Translations under genes and position numbers: made by a program
The notes under the pieces: generated by a model
Database searches by the model: none
Seen by the model: only the letters and a program-made list of their open reading frames with translations
Told to the model about the DNA's origin: nothing
Shown here: positions 23,621 to 37,587 of the stretch, piece by piece
How the letters are laid out: each line of letters begins with the position of its first letter
Position numbering within the stretch: position 1 is the stretch's first letter
Assembly (NCBI RefSeq): GCF_963921235.1
Contig: NC_086097.1
Coordinates: 167,402,001-167,466,000, forward strand
Length of the DNA: 64,000 nt
Direction: 5' to 3'
Origin: Mobula hypostoma
Taxonomy: Eukaryota

Positions 23621-24662
23621 AATTTCCTAATACCCTAACCTAATCATTTTTTGCAAGGGCACCCGGACTGTACAGCAGAGTCCGTGGTTGTGACCTGAGC
23701 TTCTTCGACCCACCCCCCCCGCCAATTTGTTGGGGAGTTTAAAACTAGAGGGCTTCGGTTTAAGGTGAGGAGAGAAAGAAGATAATCTGAGGGGCAAGCT
23801 GTTCACACAAAAGAAAGAGAGAGAATGGAAACAGACCCTTTGGTTCACTGAGTCTACACCAACAATCTATTGCCTGTGTTCTGGACTGTCATATTACAAT
23901 ATATTCATTACTCTGGTCTATCCCTGAATTCCCCATCTATTCACTTCTCCAAACACTGTGATGATATATGGCTACAGGGTTTCAATGATTAGAAGTAACA
24001 TCACTCAAGCAGTTGTGTGATTTCCTGTACAGAAGTCTGCTATTATTTAGTATTGACAGATCAAAAGGACCCTTTAAAAATAACACATTGGCCATCGTGC
24101 AGCACAGGCCATCCCACGGCTAATAAAAGAAATCTATAAACACTTCTTCCTCATGGAAGAGGCAAGTTCCATCAAGCTGACTTGTGCATACTTGACTGGG
24201 ATTTCCATCATCTCTTTTACTCTGCACACTTCTGGCAGTGGAACAGAACAAGATACTTGGTGGTTACTGTGATTGACATGTTGCTGCTGGAATCACAGAG
24301 ATCTGCAACTGAAAATAGACAGTATGAACAATATTCCCACAACTCCTCTATCATCACCGTAACTGATGACTTATCCACACACGAAGTACTTGTTGCTCGC
24401 TGTGTGAATCTGTAATCTGCAGTGAGAGAATATCTCTGAAAGTCTAACTGTATCCACCAGTTCCTTGCAGAAAAGTTCCATTCCCAAAAATCCAATCATA
24501 GACCATAACAAAAATGATTGTGAGGCTTTTATTGGGATCTTCTCAGAGGTGCTCTATTCAAACCTTCCTCTCTCCTCCAGCAGCAGCTCGAGTCCAACTT
24601 GAATTGGTCTCGAAAAGGATATAAGAGGAGAACTAACGGAATTCATTCAGCAACTGGACTTA

Positions 24663-27385
24663 CTCATAGAGTCATAGAGCACAGAAACAGGCACTTCAGC
24701 CCATCTAGTCCATGCCAAAACCATTTAAACTGCCTAATTCCATCAACCTGCACCAGGAACATATCCCTCCCTACTCCTACTATCTATGTACCTGTCCAAA
24801 CTTCTTTTAAATGTTGAAATCGAGCTCACATGCACCACTTGTGCTGGCAGCTCATTCGACACTCTCACAACCCTCTGAATGAAGAAGTTTCCCCTCATGT
24901 TCCCCTTAAACTTCTCACCTTTCACCCTTAAGCCATGACCTCTGGTTGTAGTCCCATCCAGCCTCAGTGGAAAAGGCCTGTTTGTATTCACCTTATCTAT
25001 ACCCCTCATAATTTTGTATACCTCTATCAAATCTCCTCTCAATCTTCCATGTTCTGAAGAATACAGTCCTAACTTATTCAACCTTTACTTACAATTCACA
25101 TCCTTCAGACCCAGCAACATTCTTGTAAATTTTCTCTGCACTATTTCAACCTTGTTTGGACCTTTCCTGTAGGTAGTTAACCAAAACTGCATATAATACT
25201 CCAAATTAGGCCTCACTAATGTCTTATACAACTTCAACATAACATCCCATCTCCTGTACTCAATACATTGATTTATGAAGGCCAGTGTGCCGAAAGCTTT
25301 CATTACGCCCTATCTACCACTTTCAATGAATTATGGACCAGTATACACAAATCCCATTGTTCTACCACACTCCTCAGTGCCCTACCATTTACTGTGCAAG
25401 ATCTACCCTGGTTGGCCCAACCAAAAAGTGAAACCTCACATTTGTCTGCATTGAATTCCATCTGCCATTTTTTTAGCCTATTCTCCAGCTGATTCAAGTC
25501 CCTCTGCAAGCTATGATAGCCCTCCTCACTGCTCAGTACACCCCTAATCATGGTGTCATCCGCAAAGTTGCTGATCATATTATCATCCAGATTATTGATG
25601 TAGATGACGAACAACAAAGGACCCAGCATCGATCCCTGCGGCACACCACAAGTCACAGGCCTGCAGTCAGAGAGGCAACCCTCTACTACCACTCTCTGGC
25701 TGTTCCCGTAAAGCTAATGTCTGATCTAATTTACTACCACATCCTGAATGCCAAGTGACTGAACATTCTGGACCAGCCTTCCAGGCGGGACCGTGTCAAA
25801 AGCCTTGCTAAAGTCCATGTGGACAACATTCACTGCCCTATTTTCATCCACTTTCCTGAAAAACTCTGTAAGATTGGTTAGACATGACCTACCATGCAGG
25901 AAGCCATGCTGACTATCCTTAATCAGTCCATGTCTATCAAAATACTTATATTTCCTATTCCTTAGAATACCTTCCAATAACTTTCCCCCAACTGATGTCA
26001 GGCTCACCGGCCTATAATTGCCTGGTTTATGTTTAGAGGTTTTTTTAAACAGCTGAACAATATTGGCTAGCCTCCAATCCTCTGGCACCGCACTTGTGGC
26101 TGAGGATGATTTAAATATCTCTGCTGGTACCCCGGCAATTTCTGCGCTTGTCTCCCACAGGGTCCAAAGGAACACCCTGTCAGGCCCTGGGGATTTACCT
26201 ACCCTGATTTGCTTCAGAGTAGCAAACACCTCCTCCTCTGTAATCTGTACTGGATCCATGGAATTGATGCTGCTATGCCTCACTTCTATAGACTCTGTCT
26301 CCATCTCTTGAGTAAATACAGATGCAAAGAATTAATTTAAGATCTCCCCCATCTGTTTTGGCTCCACACATGGATTACCATTCCGGTCTTCCAGAGGACC
26401 AATTATGCCCCTTGCAGTCCTCTTGCTCTTAACATATCTCTAGAGTCCCTTAGGATTCTCCTTCACCTTGTCTGCACAAGTAACTTCATGCCTTCTGTTG
26501 GCCCTCCTGATTTATTTCTTAACTGTTCTCTTGCATTTATTGTGCTCCTTAAGAACCTCATTTATTCCTACTTGCTTACACCTGCTACGCACTTCCTCTT
26601 TTCTCTTAACCAGGGCCTCAATAGCTCTTGAAAACTGGGGTTCCATACACTTGTTATCTTTACCCTTTATCCTGACAGGCGCATACAAGATTTGTACTCT
26701 CAAAATTTCACTTCTGGGGGCCCCCACTTACAAGTACACCTTTGCCAGAGAACAGCCTGTCCCAATCCACACTTGGCAATCATTTCTGATACCGTCAAAA
26801 TGGGCCTTCCTCCAATTTTGGAATCTCAACCCACAGACCAGACCTATCTTTCCTCATATTTACTTTGAAACTAATGGCATTGTGGTCACTGGATTCAAAG
26901 TGTTCCCCTACACCAATTTCTGACACCTGCCCTGTCTCATTCTCTAATAGCAGATCCACTGTCACACGCTGTCTCATTGGGATTTCTAAGTACTGATGAA
27001 GGTAACTTTCTCGAACACATTTGACAAACTCTATCCCATGCAATCCTTACCCAGTATGGGATTCCCAGTCAATATGTGGAAAATTAAAATCACCTACTAC
27101 AGCATCCTTATGTTTCTTACAACAGTCTGTGATCTCTTCACAAATACGTTCCTTTAAATCCCTCGGACAGTTGGGTGGTCTGTAATATAGCCCCATTAAC
27201 GAGGTCATACCTTTCTTATTTCTCAGTTCCACCCATTACGCCTCACTAGGCGAGTTCTCCCATTTGCTCTGACTAGTAACACCACTTCTCCACCTTTAAT
27301 TCTGCCCACTCTGTCACATCTAAAACAACGGAACCCCAGAATATTGAGCTGCCAGTCCTGCCCCTCCTGCAACCAAGTCTCACTC
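24663..27385 (-). mobile_element. CR1 LINE (EN, RT, 3' UTR), decayed
   Basis: YYRPPN..VVGDFNFPHIDW; SDHNAI; KSPGPD; NYRPVSLTSVGGKLLE; VPQGSMLGPLLF..FADDT; catagagtcatagag tail. Confidence 0.93.
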
Positions 27386-27799
27386 CTGGTGAAAAAAGCG
27401 TAATTTTGTGTGTATTTTCATGTATTGAATGTAAATTGGATGAATAAAATTGTAAGAAAAACAAAAAATAGTCCAAGAAAGCCATTCTTTGTCAGGCAGC
27501 ACCTGTGAAGGGAAAATCATGTTAACATTTCATTAGAACTGGAAATAATTGCAGTGAGCTGTTTCAAATTAGCCAAGGAAATTAAAGGAGTGAATTTTGG
27601 TGAAGGGTCTTTGACCTGAAATGTGACCTCTGTTTCTCTTTCCACAGGTGCTGCCTGGTCCACTGCGTGTTTCCAGCATTTTCTGATTTTATTGCTGTGT
27701 TTCTGCATCTGCAGTTTTTTTACATTTGCAAGCAATGGAATGGCTGGGAGTGGAATGAGGAACAACAACAATGAAAAGACAAAACAGAACATATTCAAC

Positions 27800-28435
27800 A
27801 AGAACAACAGGAATTCTGCAGATGCTGGAAATTCAAGCAACACGCATCAAAGTTGCTGGTGAACGCAGCAGGCCAGGCAGCATCTCTAGGAAGAGGTGCA
27901 GTCGACGTTTCAGGCCGAGACCCTTCGTCAGGACTAACTGAAGGAAGAGTGAGTAAGGGATTTGAAAGTTGGAGGGGGAGGGGGAGATGCAAAATGATAG
28001 GAGAAGACAGGAGGGGGAGGGATAGAGCCGAGAGCTGGACAGGTGATAGGCAAAAGGGGATACGAGAGGATCATGGGACAGGAGGTCCGGGAAGAAAGAC
28101 AAGGAGTGGGGGGACCCAGAGGATGGGCAAGAGGTATATTCAGAGGGACAGAGGGAGAAAAAGGAGAGTGAGAGAAAGAATGTGTGCATAAAAATGAGTA
28201 ACAGATGGGGTACGAGGGGGAGGTGGGGCCTTAGCGGAAGTTAGAGAAGTCGATGTTCATGCCATCAGGTTGGAGGCTACCCAGACGGAATATAAGGTGT
28301 TGTTCCTCCAACCTGAGTGTGGCTTCATCTTTACAGTAGAGGAGGCCGTGGATGGACATGTCAGAATGGGAATGGGATGTGGAATTAAAATGTGTGGCCA
28401 CTGGGAGATCCTGCTTTCTCTGGCGGACAGAGCGT
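27800..28435 (-). mobile_element. Penelope-like solo pLTR-like unit
   Basis: Same GIY-YIG C-terminus (RSVRQRKQDLPVATHFN...FSNFR) and downstream sequence as 8327-8920. Confidence 0.9.
27900..27935 (-). ncRNA. Minimal type I hammerhead ribozyme motif in PLE
   Basis: Minus strand AGUC-CUGACGA-A-GGG(UCUCGG)CCU-GAAAC-GUC-GACU; one G-U pair in stem II. Confidence 0.78.
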
Positions 28436-28887
28436 ATTGTTATATTTAAAAAACACAAAGGCAGCACATGATGAGGTGCAACTGGTTACAGCAAAGGCGA
28501 GCCAGCACAAGCTGTGGAATATAATGGACAAGTGTTAGGAGATGTGCAGAGGGTCAGGCAATTGATGAAAAGCAGAGGCTCAAATCCTTTCTGCTCTGTC
28601 TCAGAGATTTTAATGGTGGTGAATTTGGCAATGGGAAGTTGTCCATCTGAGAAAAGACCCTATACATTTTTCACTGCATCAATCGTATACTACAATCATT
28701 ATATTCATAATTTAAATTAATTTGGAATTGGAATTGGAATTGATTTATTTAGAGATACAGCACATTAACAGGCCCTTCTGGCCCTACAAGCTCAATTACA
28801 TCCATGTGACCAATGAAACTACTAACACGTATGTCACTTTTTAAACCATTTGGTTCTTGTGGGAGTTTGTTTGCAGTGGTGACATAA

Positions 28888-29190
28888 TTTAGATTAGATT
28901 AGATTAGATTCAACTTTATTGTCATTGTGCCAAGTACAGATACAAAGCCAATGAAATGCATTTAGCATCTGACCAGAAATGCAAAGAATAGTGTTATTTA
29001 CAAAATAATTGCGAATAAAAAAAGTGCTACAGCACACAAATATAAAAGTACTGAGACAGTACAATATGGATGCAATACTGCTTAGCGCTGTGATGTGAGG
29101 TTCAGCAGGGTCACAGCCTCAGGGAAGAAGCTCTTCCTGTGCCTGCTGGTGCGGGAGCGGAGGCTCCTATAGTGCCTGCCGGATGGGAGG
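28888..29190 (-). mobile_element. Rex1/Babar 3' fragment with (ATCTA)n tail
   Basis: (ttaga)4 + tttattgtcatt on +; minus frame LPSGRHYRSLRSRTSRHRKSFFPEAVTLLN. Confidence 0.85.
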
Positions 29191-29440
29191 AACTGGTTTG
29201 GTTTTGATTTAATTGGAATTGGTTTATTACTGTCACTAGAATGCAACACACTCTGCTGGAAGAACTCATGGGGACTATAAGAAGAAAGAAATCGCTGACA
29301 TTTTGGGCCAGAATCTTGTAATAAGGACTTAAATAAGCATTTTTATCCCTGTTTAAATGGTAAAGGACAGCTAACCAACAGTGACAACCTTAGTTAAGTC
29401 TGGCAACATTTATGGAATGAGAAATAAGTTTTAAGTTCTT

Positions 29441-29540
29441 CTTTTTTTTTAAATTTTATTTTTATTTGGATAAGGAATTCACAATTATCATGTACTTTTT
29501 TCACACATATAACCTTTTCCATTTTTTTATATGTATAAAA
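29441..29540 (-). mobile_element. Short L1-type 3' end with poly(A) and probable 7-bp TSD
   Basis: Minus strand ends AATAAAAATAAAATTTAAAAAAAAA; AAAGAAG on both sides. Confidence 0.55.
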
Positions 29541-30355
29541 CTTCTTTACCAGGCATCTCTAGAGATGGCGCTCATTAGCCCCTCGCTAACAGCCACAGGA
29601 CTCATTGGTGAAAAAACCATCTTTCACAGACTCTATATGTCTAGGGTTAATATGACTTGGGTCCCACCAAACCTGGGAAGTTGGGATATCTCTCCCACCC
29701 GAACCCCGATCTGTGCGAATACTGTAAAACTATGGGCCTCATGCAATTACCCATCAGCAAGAAATAACACACTACATTAAATTATACAGAAAGTATATTT
29801 ACAATTGTCAGCTTTATCAAACAGTCAGTAGGAAAAAAAGGGGGGAAAATGGTCCCTTACACTTAACCCAGTCCAAATGTGCACATACATTGGAGCTCAT
29901 CTTGAAGTTGTCTTTAACTCACGTGCTGGACCCATGGTCTGCGTGAAAGCACACACCGCCTTCTGAGTGTCACTTGAAATCCATCTCGAACAAATGGGCT
30001 CCTCCACGGGAGTATTGGTCCTTCCTACTTGAAGCCATTCGACTGCACCAGGCACCTTGTGCTACAGGGATGACATCCTCAGCCATCTTCCCTCCTGTCT
30101 TCTCCCAGCTCCTGCCAAAAACACTCTGACTCACACCAGTGTCCATCACAAAAACCTCTCCACCCAGCAAATCTAAAACCTTCTCCCAATTCTACCATCC
30201 TGGTTGGCTGACACAACATTCCTTAGTTGAACAACATAGTTCCTTACCTTTAGCTCAAACCCAAACATGCTAAAAGCAGAACAGGCTGTTCTTACAGAAC
30301 TGCTAAAATGAAATACCTACAGCATAGCAGTAAAAATCTTAACCAGAGTGTTACA
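29541..30355 (-). mobile_element. Probable solo LTR
   Basis: Begins abruptly with TGTAACAC on minus strand inside a Rex 3' UTR; ~0.8 kb non-coding, composition differs from flanks; 3' CA end and TSD not resolved. Confidence 0.5.
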
Positions 30356-30915
30356 CTACCTTGAGATTTATTTTCTTGCGTGCATTTAAAGGAAAATAAA
30401 AATACAATAGAATGAAATGAAAACAAGCAAAGACTGACAAAAAAGCACTGTGCAAAAAGAAGACAGACTGCAAATAAAAATAATAATGTGAACATTAGAT
30501 GTGGAGTCCTTGAAAGTGGGTCTGGAGATCATAAAGTCAGATTACAGTGGTCTTGAATGAAGTTATCCACACCAGTTCAGGAGGCTGATGGTTGTCGGAT
30601 AATAACTGTTCCGGAATCGGATGGTGTGGGACCTAAGTCTTCTGTATGGTAGTAACGAAATGGAGGCACAGCCTAAATGTTGGAAGTCTTTGATGATGGA
30701 TGGTGCTTTCTTGTGGCAGCAGTCCATGTAAGTGTACTCAGTGATAAGAAGGGCTTTGCCTGTGATGGACTGGGCTGTATTCACCATTTCCTGTAGAGTT
30801 TTCTCTCCTGAACATTGAAGCTTAAATAAATGGCCATGATGTATCTAGTTAGGATACACTCCACCATACATCTATCGAAATTTGTCAAAGTGTTTGGAGA
30901 CATGCCAAATCTATG
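30356..30915 (-). mobile_element. Old Rex1/Babar 3' fragment
   Basis: VNTAQSITGKAL..KKAPSIIKD..RFRNSYYPTTISLLN plus 3' UTR. Confidence 0.75.
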
Positions 30916-30921
30916 CAAATA

Positions 30922-31155
30922 AAGTTCTGACAACGTCTTCAAACTGAAACATCAACTCCATTTCGCTTTCCACTGATACTGCCTAATCTGCTGAGTATTT
31001 CCAACATATTTTGCCTTTATTTCAGACTTCCAACAAGGTTCTGACAAAGATCTTCAACCTGAAACTTTAACTCTGTTTCTCACAGGTGCTGCCAGACATG
31101 TTGAGTCTTTCCGGTGCTTTCTGTTTTCCAGCATCTGCAGTATGTTTTGTTTTCA
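30922..31155 (+). repeat. Tandem dimer (114-bp period) of degenerate PLE hammerhead-bearing units
   Basis: ttCTGAcaa..tcttcaa.ctGAAAc at 30927 and 31041, each followed by the cagatgctgcc..ctgctgagt..ttcc block seen after the intact PLE hammerheads. Confidence 0.65.
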
Positions 31156-31844
31156 TTATTTACGCATTGGAACTTTCAATTTCCATGGATAAATATTTAA
31201 TAAATATTAATATGCATTTTATTCAATCACAAAATGATTATTTGCCCCATTCTTCATGCTGTAGAAAGAGCAGAATTTACAGTTAAATTATACAAATACT
31301 TGCAGCAATTGGCATGGATTATAAATGTAGTTTATGCTTCAGGGATCTGATCCAGGCTCAGTTTTGAAACAATAGATCTCTTGATTTAACTAATGTGTGC
31401 ACAGACATTGGATTTTCTGTTTAATTGGTGCTCAGAACTCTATCTCAAGCAGATAGCTTTGGTCAAGGTTGTTTTTTTTCTGGACTGATTGTGATATATT
31501 ATCCATTAGGTTCCTACAAGTGCAGGGTAAAGAACATCTAAAAACCACACCGGATTTGTGAGAAACCTATTTAAACTGGGCACATCATATTTCAATTTTG
31601 CATTGATAAAAGTCATGAATAAAAACAATTAGCCAACTATTTAGAAATTGGCTTTTAGTGAGAGCTATGTTTAAAGATTGTTTTATGTAGTAGATTTCAT
31701 CATTATCAGGTTTCACTTTTTGAAACAGTCAGCAGTTTCGTAATGTCATAGTCATTAACATGGCTACTTTAATATAGGGATGCCAGAAGTATCATTTGCT
31801 TTGTCCTGTACTAATCTAATATTATGTTAAATATTATGTTTAGA

Positions 31845-34800
31845 AACTGGGTGACAGTCAGGAAGGAGAAAGGGGTTAAGGGGCAAGTGCAGAGTGCCCC
31901 TGTAGACATCCCCCTCAACAACAGGTGTACCACTTTGGAGGAAAGTCACAGCGGTCAGGTCTCTGGCACAGGGTCTGCCTCCGTGACTCAGAAGGGAAGG
32001 GGGAAGAAGAGGTTTGCTGTGTGATCGGGGATTCATTAGTTAGGTGAGCAGACAGGAGGTTCTGTGGGCGAGAATGAGATTCAGGGATGGAATATTGCCT
32101 CCAAGGGCCAGGATCCAGGATATCTCAGATCGAGTACTCTGTATTCTTAAGTGGGAGAGTGAACGGCCTCAAGTCGTGGTTCGTGTAGGTTCCAATGACA
32201 TGGGTAGGGCACGTGACAAGGATCTGCATGCGGAGTTCAGGGAGTTAGGTGCCAAGTTCAAGGGTAGGAACTCCAGGGTTGTGATCTCAGGATTGCTACC
32301 CATGCAATGTGCTAGTGAGGCCCGAATCAGGAAGATTATACAGTTTAATACATGGCTAAGAAGTTGGTGTAGGAGGGACGGCATATATTTTTGGATCTTT
32401 GGGCTCTCTTCCAAGGAAGGTATGATCTGTACAGAAGGCACAGTTTGCAGCTGAAATCCAAGAAGGCAGTTTGTTGCTAGTTTTGTGGGGTGGGGGAATT
32501 TAAACTAGAGGTCTAGGAGGATGGGAGGCAGGCTCCAGAACATTAGCAGAGAGTTTATGAAGATGGATATTGTATGAAGATGGATATTGTTAGGGCCTCA
32601 GACAAAGTATGGAATCAAAAGGCTGGTGTGACCAAAATCCTGAGCTGCATTTATTTCAATGCAAGAAGGCAGATAATAGTGCTGAAGATGAGGTAGCTGG
32701 TTTACAGACAGAGGCAATGTGTAATGAGGAGAGGCTGTTGAGAGGGCAAAATTGCAGTCAACAGGATGACTTGCAATGTAAAAGGCGGACAAAATTGAAA
32801 GGGTGAAGGCAGGACTAAAGGTGCTGTATTTGAATGTGCACAGTATATGAAATAAGGTAGATGAACTTGCAGCACAGTTGCAGATTGGTAGACATGATGT
32901 TGTAGACATCACTGAATCATGGCTGAAAGATTATAGCTGGGAGCTTAATGTCTAAGGATACACATTGTATTAAAAGGACAGGCAGGAAGGCAGAGGGGGT
33001 GGCATTGCTCTGTTGGTAAAAAATTAAATCAAATCATTAGAAAGAGGTTGCATAGGGTTGGAGGGTATTGAATTATTGTGGATAGAGCTAAGAAACTGCA
33101 AGGGTAAAAAGACCCTGAAGGGAGTTGTATACAGACCCCCAAGCAGTAGTAAGGATGTGGTCTACATATTACAATCAAGTGCTGGATTCCAGGAAGGGGA
33201 ATTTCTAGAGTGCCTACGAGACAGCTTTTTAGAGCAGCTCATGTTTGAGCCCATGAGGGGATCGACTATTCTGGATTGGGTTTGTGCAATGAATCAGAAT
33301 TGATTAGAAACCATAAGGTCAAAGAAACCTTCAGGACAAGTGACCACAATATGATCGAATTCACCCTGAAATTTGAGAAGGAGAAGCTAAAATCAGATGT
33401 GGCAGTATTGGACTGGAGTACAGGGAATTACAAAGGCATGAGAGAGGAGTTGGCCAGAATTGACTGGATCAGACCATTAGCAGGGATGACTGCATTGCGG
33501 CAATAAGTGGAATTTCTGGAAGGCACGGGATATATGCATCCCAAAGAGGAAGAAGTATCTGAAAAGAAAAATGACACAACAAGAGAAGTCAAGTCCAACA
33601 TAAGGCAGAGATGACATATAATAGAGCAAAATAAGTGGGAAGTTAGTGGATTGGGAAGCTTTTAAAATCAACAGAAGGCAACTAAAAAAGTCATTAAGAA
33701 GGTAAAGAAGGAAATGAAAATAAGCTAGCCAATAATATTAAAGAGGATACCAAAAGTGTAAAAGACTGGTGACAGTGGATATCAGACTTCTGGAAAATAA
33801 TGCTGGAGAGGTAGTAATGGGGAACAATGAAATGGTGGATGAACTGAATAAGTATTTTGCAACAGTCTTCTCTGTGGAAGACACTAGCAGTATGGTGGAA
33901 GTTCCAGGCTTCAGAGATCATGAAGTGTGTGAAGTTATGGTAACTAGAGAGAAGGTTTTTGGGAAACTGAAAAGGTCTGAAGGTAGATAAGTCACCTGGA
34001 CCAGATGGTATACACCACAGTGTTCTGTAATAGGTGGCTGAAGAGATTCTTCAAGAAACTCTTCCAAATCTTTCAAGAATCATTAGATTCTGGAATGGTT
34101 CTGGAAGATTGGAAAATCACAAATGACATTCCACTCTTCCAGAAGGAAGAGAGGCAGAAGAAAGGAAAGTAAAGGCCAGTTAGTTTGACCTCAGTGGTTG
34201 GGAAGATGTTCAAGTCAATTATTAAGAATGAGTTCTCAGGACACTTGGGGACACATGATAAAATAGGCTGTGGTCAGCATGGTTTCCTCAAGGGAAAATC
34301 TTGCCTGACAAATCTGTTGGAATTCTTTGAAGAAATATCAAGCAAGATAGATGAAGGAGAATTGGTTGAGGTTGCGTATTTGGATTTTCAGAAGGTCTTT
34401 GACAAGGTGCCACACATGACACAGTTTGATACAGAACAAGACCATGGAACTGTGTTACAGGAAAGATTCTTCCATGGAAAAAGCAGTAGCTGATTGGTAG
34501 GAGCCAAAGAGTGGGAATAAAGGGAGCCTTTTCTGGTTGACTGCCGGCAACTAGTGTTGTTCCCGAGGGGTCTGTGTTGGAACCGATTGCTCAGACTCAA
34601 TGGATATTGTTTACTTGGATTTTCAGAAGGCCTTTGACAAGGTACCCCACATGTGGCTGCTACACAAGGTAAGAGCCCATGGTATTATATGAAAGATACT
34701 ACCATGGATAGAAGATTGGTTAACTGGCAGAAGGTAAAGACTGCGAATAAAGGGGGCTATTTCTGGTTGGCTAGTGGTATTCCACAGGGGCCAGTGTTGG

Positions 34801-35775
34801 GGCTGCTTCTTTTCACATTATATGTCAATGATTTGGATGATGGAATTGATAGATTGATGTCCAAGGCTGTAGAAGATACAAAGATTGGTGAAGGGGCAGA
34901 CAGTGTTAAGGAAGCAGGGAGTCTGCAGAAGGACAGACAGATTAAGCAAATGGGCAAAGAAATGGCAGATGGAATGTAGTGTGGGGAAGTGTATGGCCGT
35001 GCACGTTGGTAGAAGGAATAAAAGGGTAGACTGTTTTCTAAACTGGAAGAAAATTCAGAAATTAGAGGTGCAAGGGGTTTTGGGAGTCTTTGTGCAGGGT
35101 AACATAAAGATTAACTTGCAAGTTAAGTCGGTGGTAAGGAATGCAAATGTAATGTTTGCATTCATTTCAAGAGAACTAGAGTGATATAATGCTAAGGTTT
35201 TATAAGGCATTGGTCAGATCACATTCCTTGCATCATTAGCAGTTTTGGGCCCCATATCCAAGAAAGAAAGTGCTGGTATTGGAAAGTGTCCAAAGAAGGT
35301 ACACGAGAATAAACCCAGGAATGAAAGTGTTAACGTATGAAGAGCATTTGATGGCTCTGGGCCTGTACTGTCTGGAGTATAGAAGAATAAAAGGTGATCT
35401 CATTGAAACCTATAGAATATTGAAAGGCCTAGACAGAGTGGATGTGAAGAGGATGTTTTCTATAGTGGGGGAATCTAGGACCAAATGGCACAACCTCAGA
35501 ATAAAAGGACGTCCCTTTACAACAAAGGTGAAGAGGAATTTCTTTGGCAAGAAAGTGGCGAATCTGAGGAATTCATTGCCCTAGATAGCTGTGGATGCCA
35601 AGTCATTGGGTATAGTTAAAGCTGAGGTTGATAGGTTCTTGATCAGTCAGGGCATCGGATGTCATGGGGAGAAACTAGAAGAATGGTGTTGAGAGGTTTA
35701 ATAAATAAGCCATGATGGAATTATGGAAGAGACTTGATGGGCTGAATGGCCTAATATTGCTCCTACATCTTATGT
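31845..35775 (+). mobile_element. Near full-span but decayed CR1 (ORF1 esterase + ORF2), with internal deletion and a duplicated RT segment
   Basis: VVVRVGSNDMG..VVISGLLP..FNTWLRSWC; IELRNCKGKKT..VYRPP; SDHNMIEF; LTNLLEFFEE..DFQKVFDKVPH present twice (~34380, ~34615); 3' UTR. Confidence 0.92.
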
Positions 35776-36093
35776 TGGTTCCAAGAATAATTTCCCCATC
35801 TTATTGCTAGAGTCCTAGAGTCCAAATTGAACATGCTGAACAAGATTCCCACTTAAGCTAATCCCATTTGCCTGCATTTTACCCATATCCCACTAAACCT
35901 TTCATATCCCTCAATCTGTCAAAATGCCTTTTTAAGTTCTATTATATTCCTGTTATTATAATAAGTGAGGACTTTGCTTATCTTAAAAATGTAATGTAAT
36001 AATCATAGTTTATCAATGGAACTCGTGAAATACAAACATTGGCCTGCAAATTGTTCTGTGCCAGGAAATATATATCAAACCTGGACTTACAGG

Positions 36094-36118
36094 ACACACA
36101 CACACACACACACACACA
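36094..36118. repeat. (AC)n microsatellite
   Basis: About 12 uninterrupted AC units. Confidence 0.95.
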
Positions 36119-37587
36119 TGTGTGCACAATAGAAGGAACTCTGGGCATCACAATGCTGTGATTTTTGCCAAACATGCAATATAAAACTTTGACAAACCAA
36201 TCTCTAAAAGCAACTGGCTGCATATTATTTATTATCATGCTGGATAACAGAATATCAAGGCATCATTATTGTGTTTCATTGTCAGTCTTTGGACATAGGC
36301 AAAGTTTTGTCATTTGGTGTTTGAGTGCATGAGTTTCCATTGTTAATAGGCTACTTTTCTTTCATTCTCAGTGTCAAAATGTGACTTTGCTTTCAGTTTT
36401 GAGCAGTCATAGCCTCATCTCAGAGTGTAAACATCTCTGCAGACCATTGTGACAGTGGAGTGTTCTCCAAATTCATTATTTAATGTTCGGTAGGTTACTG
36501 ACACTCAGTCCCTTCCTTTCTCTGGGTATCTCGAAGAACCCACAATGCAAGCAAGCCTGAAGACTCTGCACCACTCTTACTATAGGAGCCATTAAAAACA
36601 GCTGTGTATGTCAAGCCAATCTTATTGGCTGGAATAATGATGGCCAAAGCCAGAGAAGGATCCCTGACATCAGTTAGTCTACAGATCCTTCCATTACTTC
36701 ACACTATTCTCCAAGGAACGTGCCCAAAGCCATGGAGTTAATGTCTTCCAGGTGGCTGGATGGTATTTTAGCATTATTTTTAAATAGAGAAACAGCAAAC
36801 CTAGAATGCAAATAGAGAGCCCAATTAATGTCGTCAGCCCATTTCTGCTGTGGATGAGCATCAAAGCATGAACAGTATTATCCACTACTTCGTATTGATT
36901 AGTTCAAATGTTAGATTAAAGGGCAGATGATTATATTACATAGAACAATTTAATAGCTCTCTTGTGCTGTTATTTTCAGGATTTAATTGAGAAAGTGACT
37001 CCATTTATATCAGCACAAAACTAATGAACTTTGTTTGCATTTTGAAAGTGCTGCTGTGTACGGAATAAGGAAGTTTGAGGGAAAAAAGTGGTGCTTATGC
37101 TGATTAATAGGATTCTGCTTCAGACTATATTAAGAGGGAAACAAGATAGGATTATATTTTGGAGACACAGAAGTCTACAGGTGCTGGAATCTAGAGCAGC
37201 AAACAATCTGCTGCATAAGTCCAGATGCAGGGTTTTGACCCAAAATGTCAATAATTTCCTTTCTCTCACAGATGTGTTCCATCCGCTGGGTCCCTCTACT
37301 GCTCTAACAAATTGACTTAATTGTTTTAAGGCCAAACTTTTCACCTCCGTTTTCTGGCAGCATTTCGAAGATACCTGAGACTTTGACCCGGCTTCTCCGT
37401 CTCACTTTATTGGGCCAAGAAATGTATAATCTCAGTCAGTAACCTGCCTGAAACAGGGGCTTCTTTAGTTATTGAAGAATAGGCAATAAACAGTGGCTTT
37501 GCCAGTGACCTCTGTGGCCTTTGAAGAAATACATATATAATTCAGCACCTGCTGCTTCCTTTCTGTGCACCTGTGTTGATTGCTGAT

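Noticed and set aside
24182..24495. Overlapping 77-aa and 92-aa ORFs in unique sequence
   Set aside because: No recognisable family; lengths are compatible with chance.
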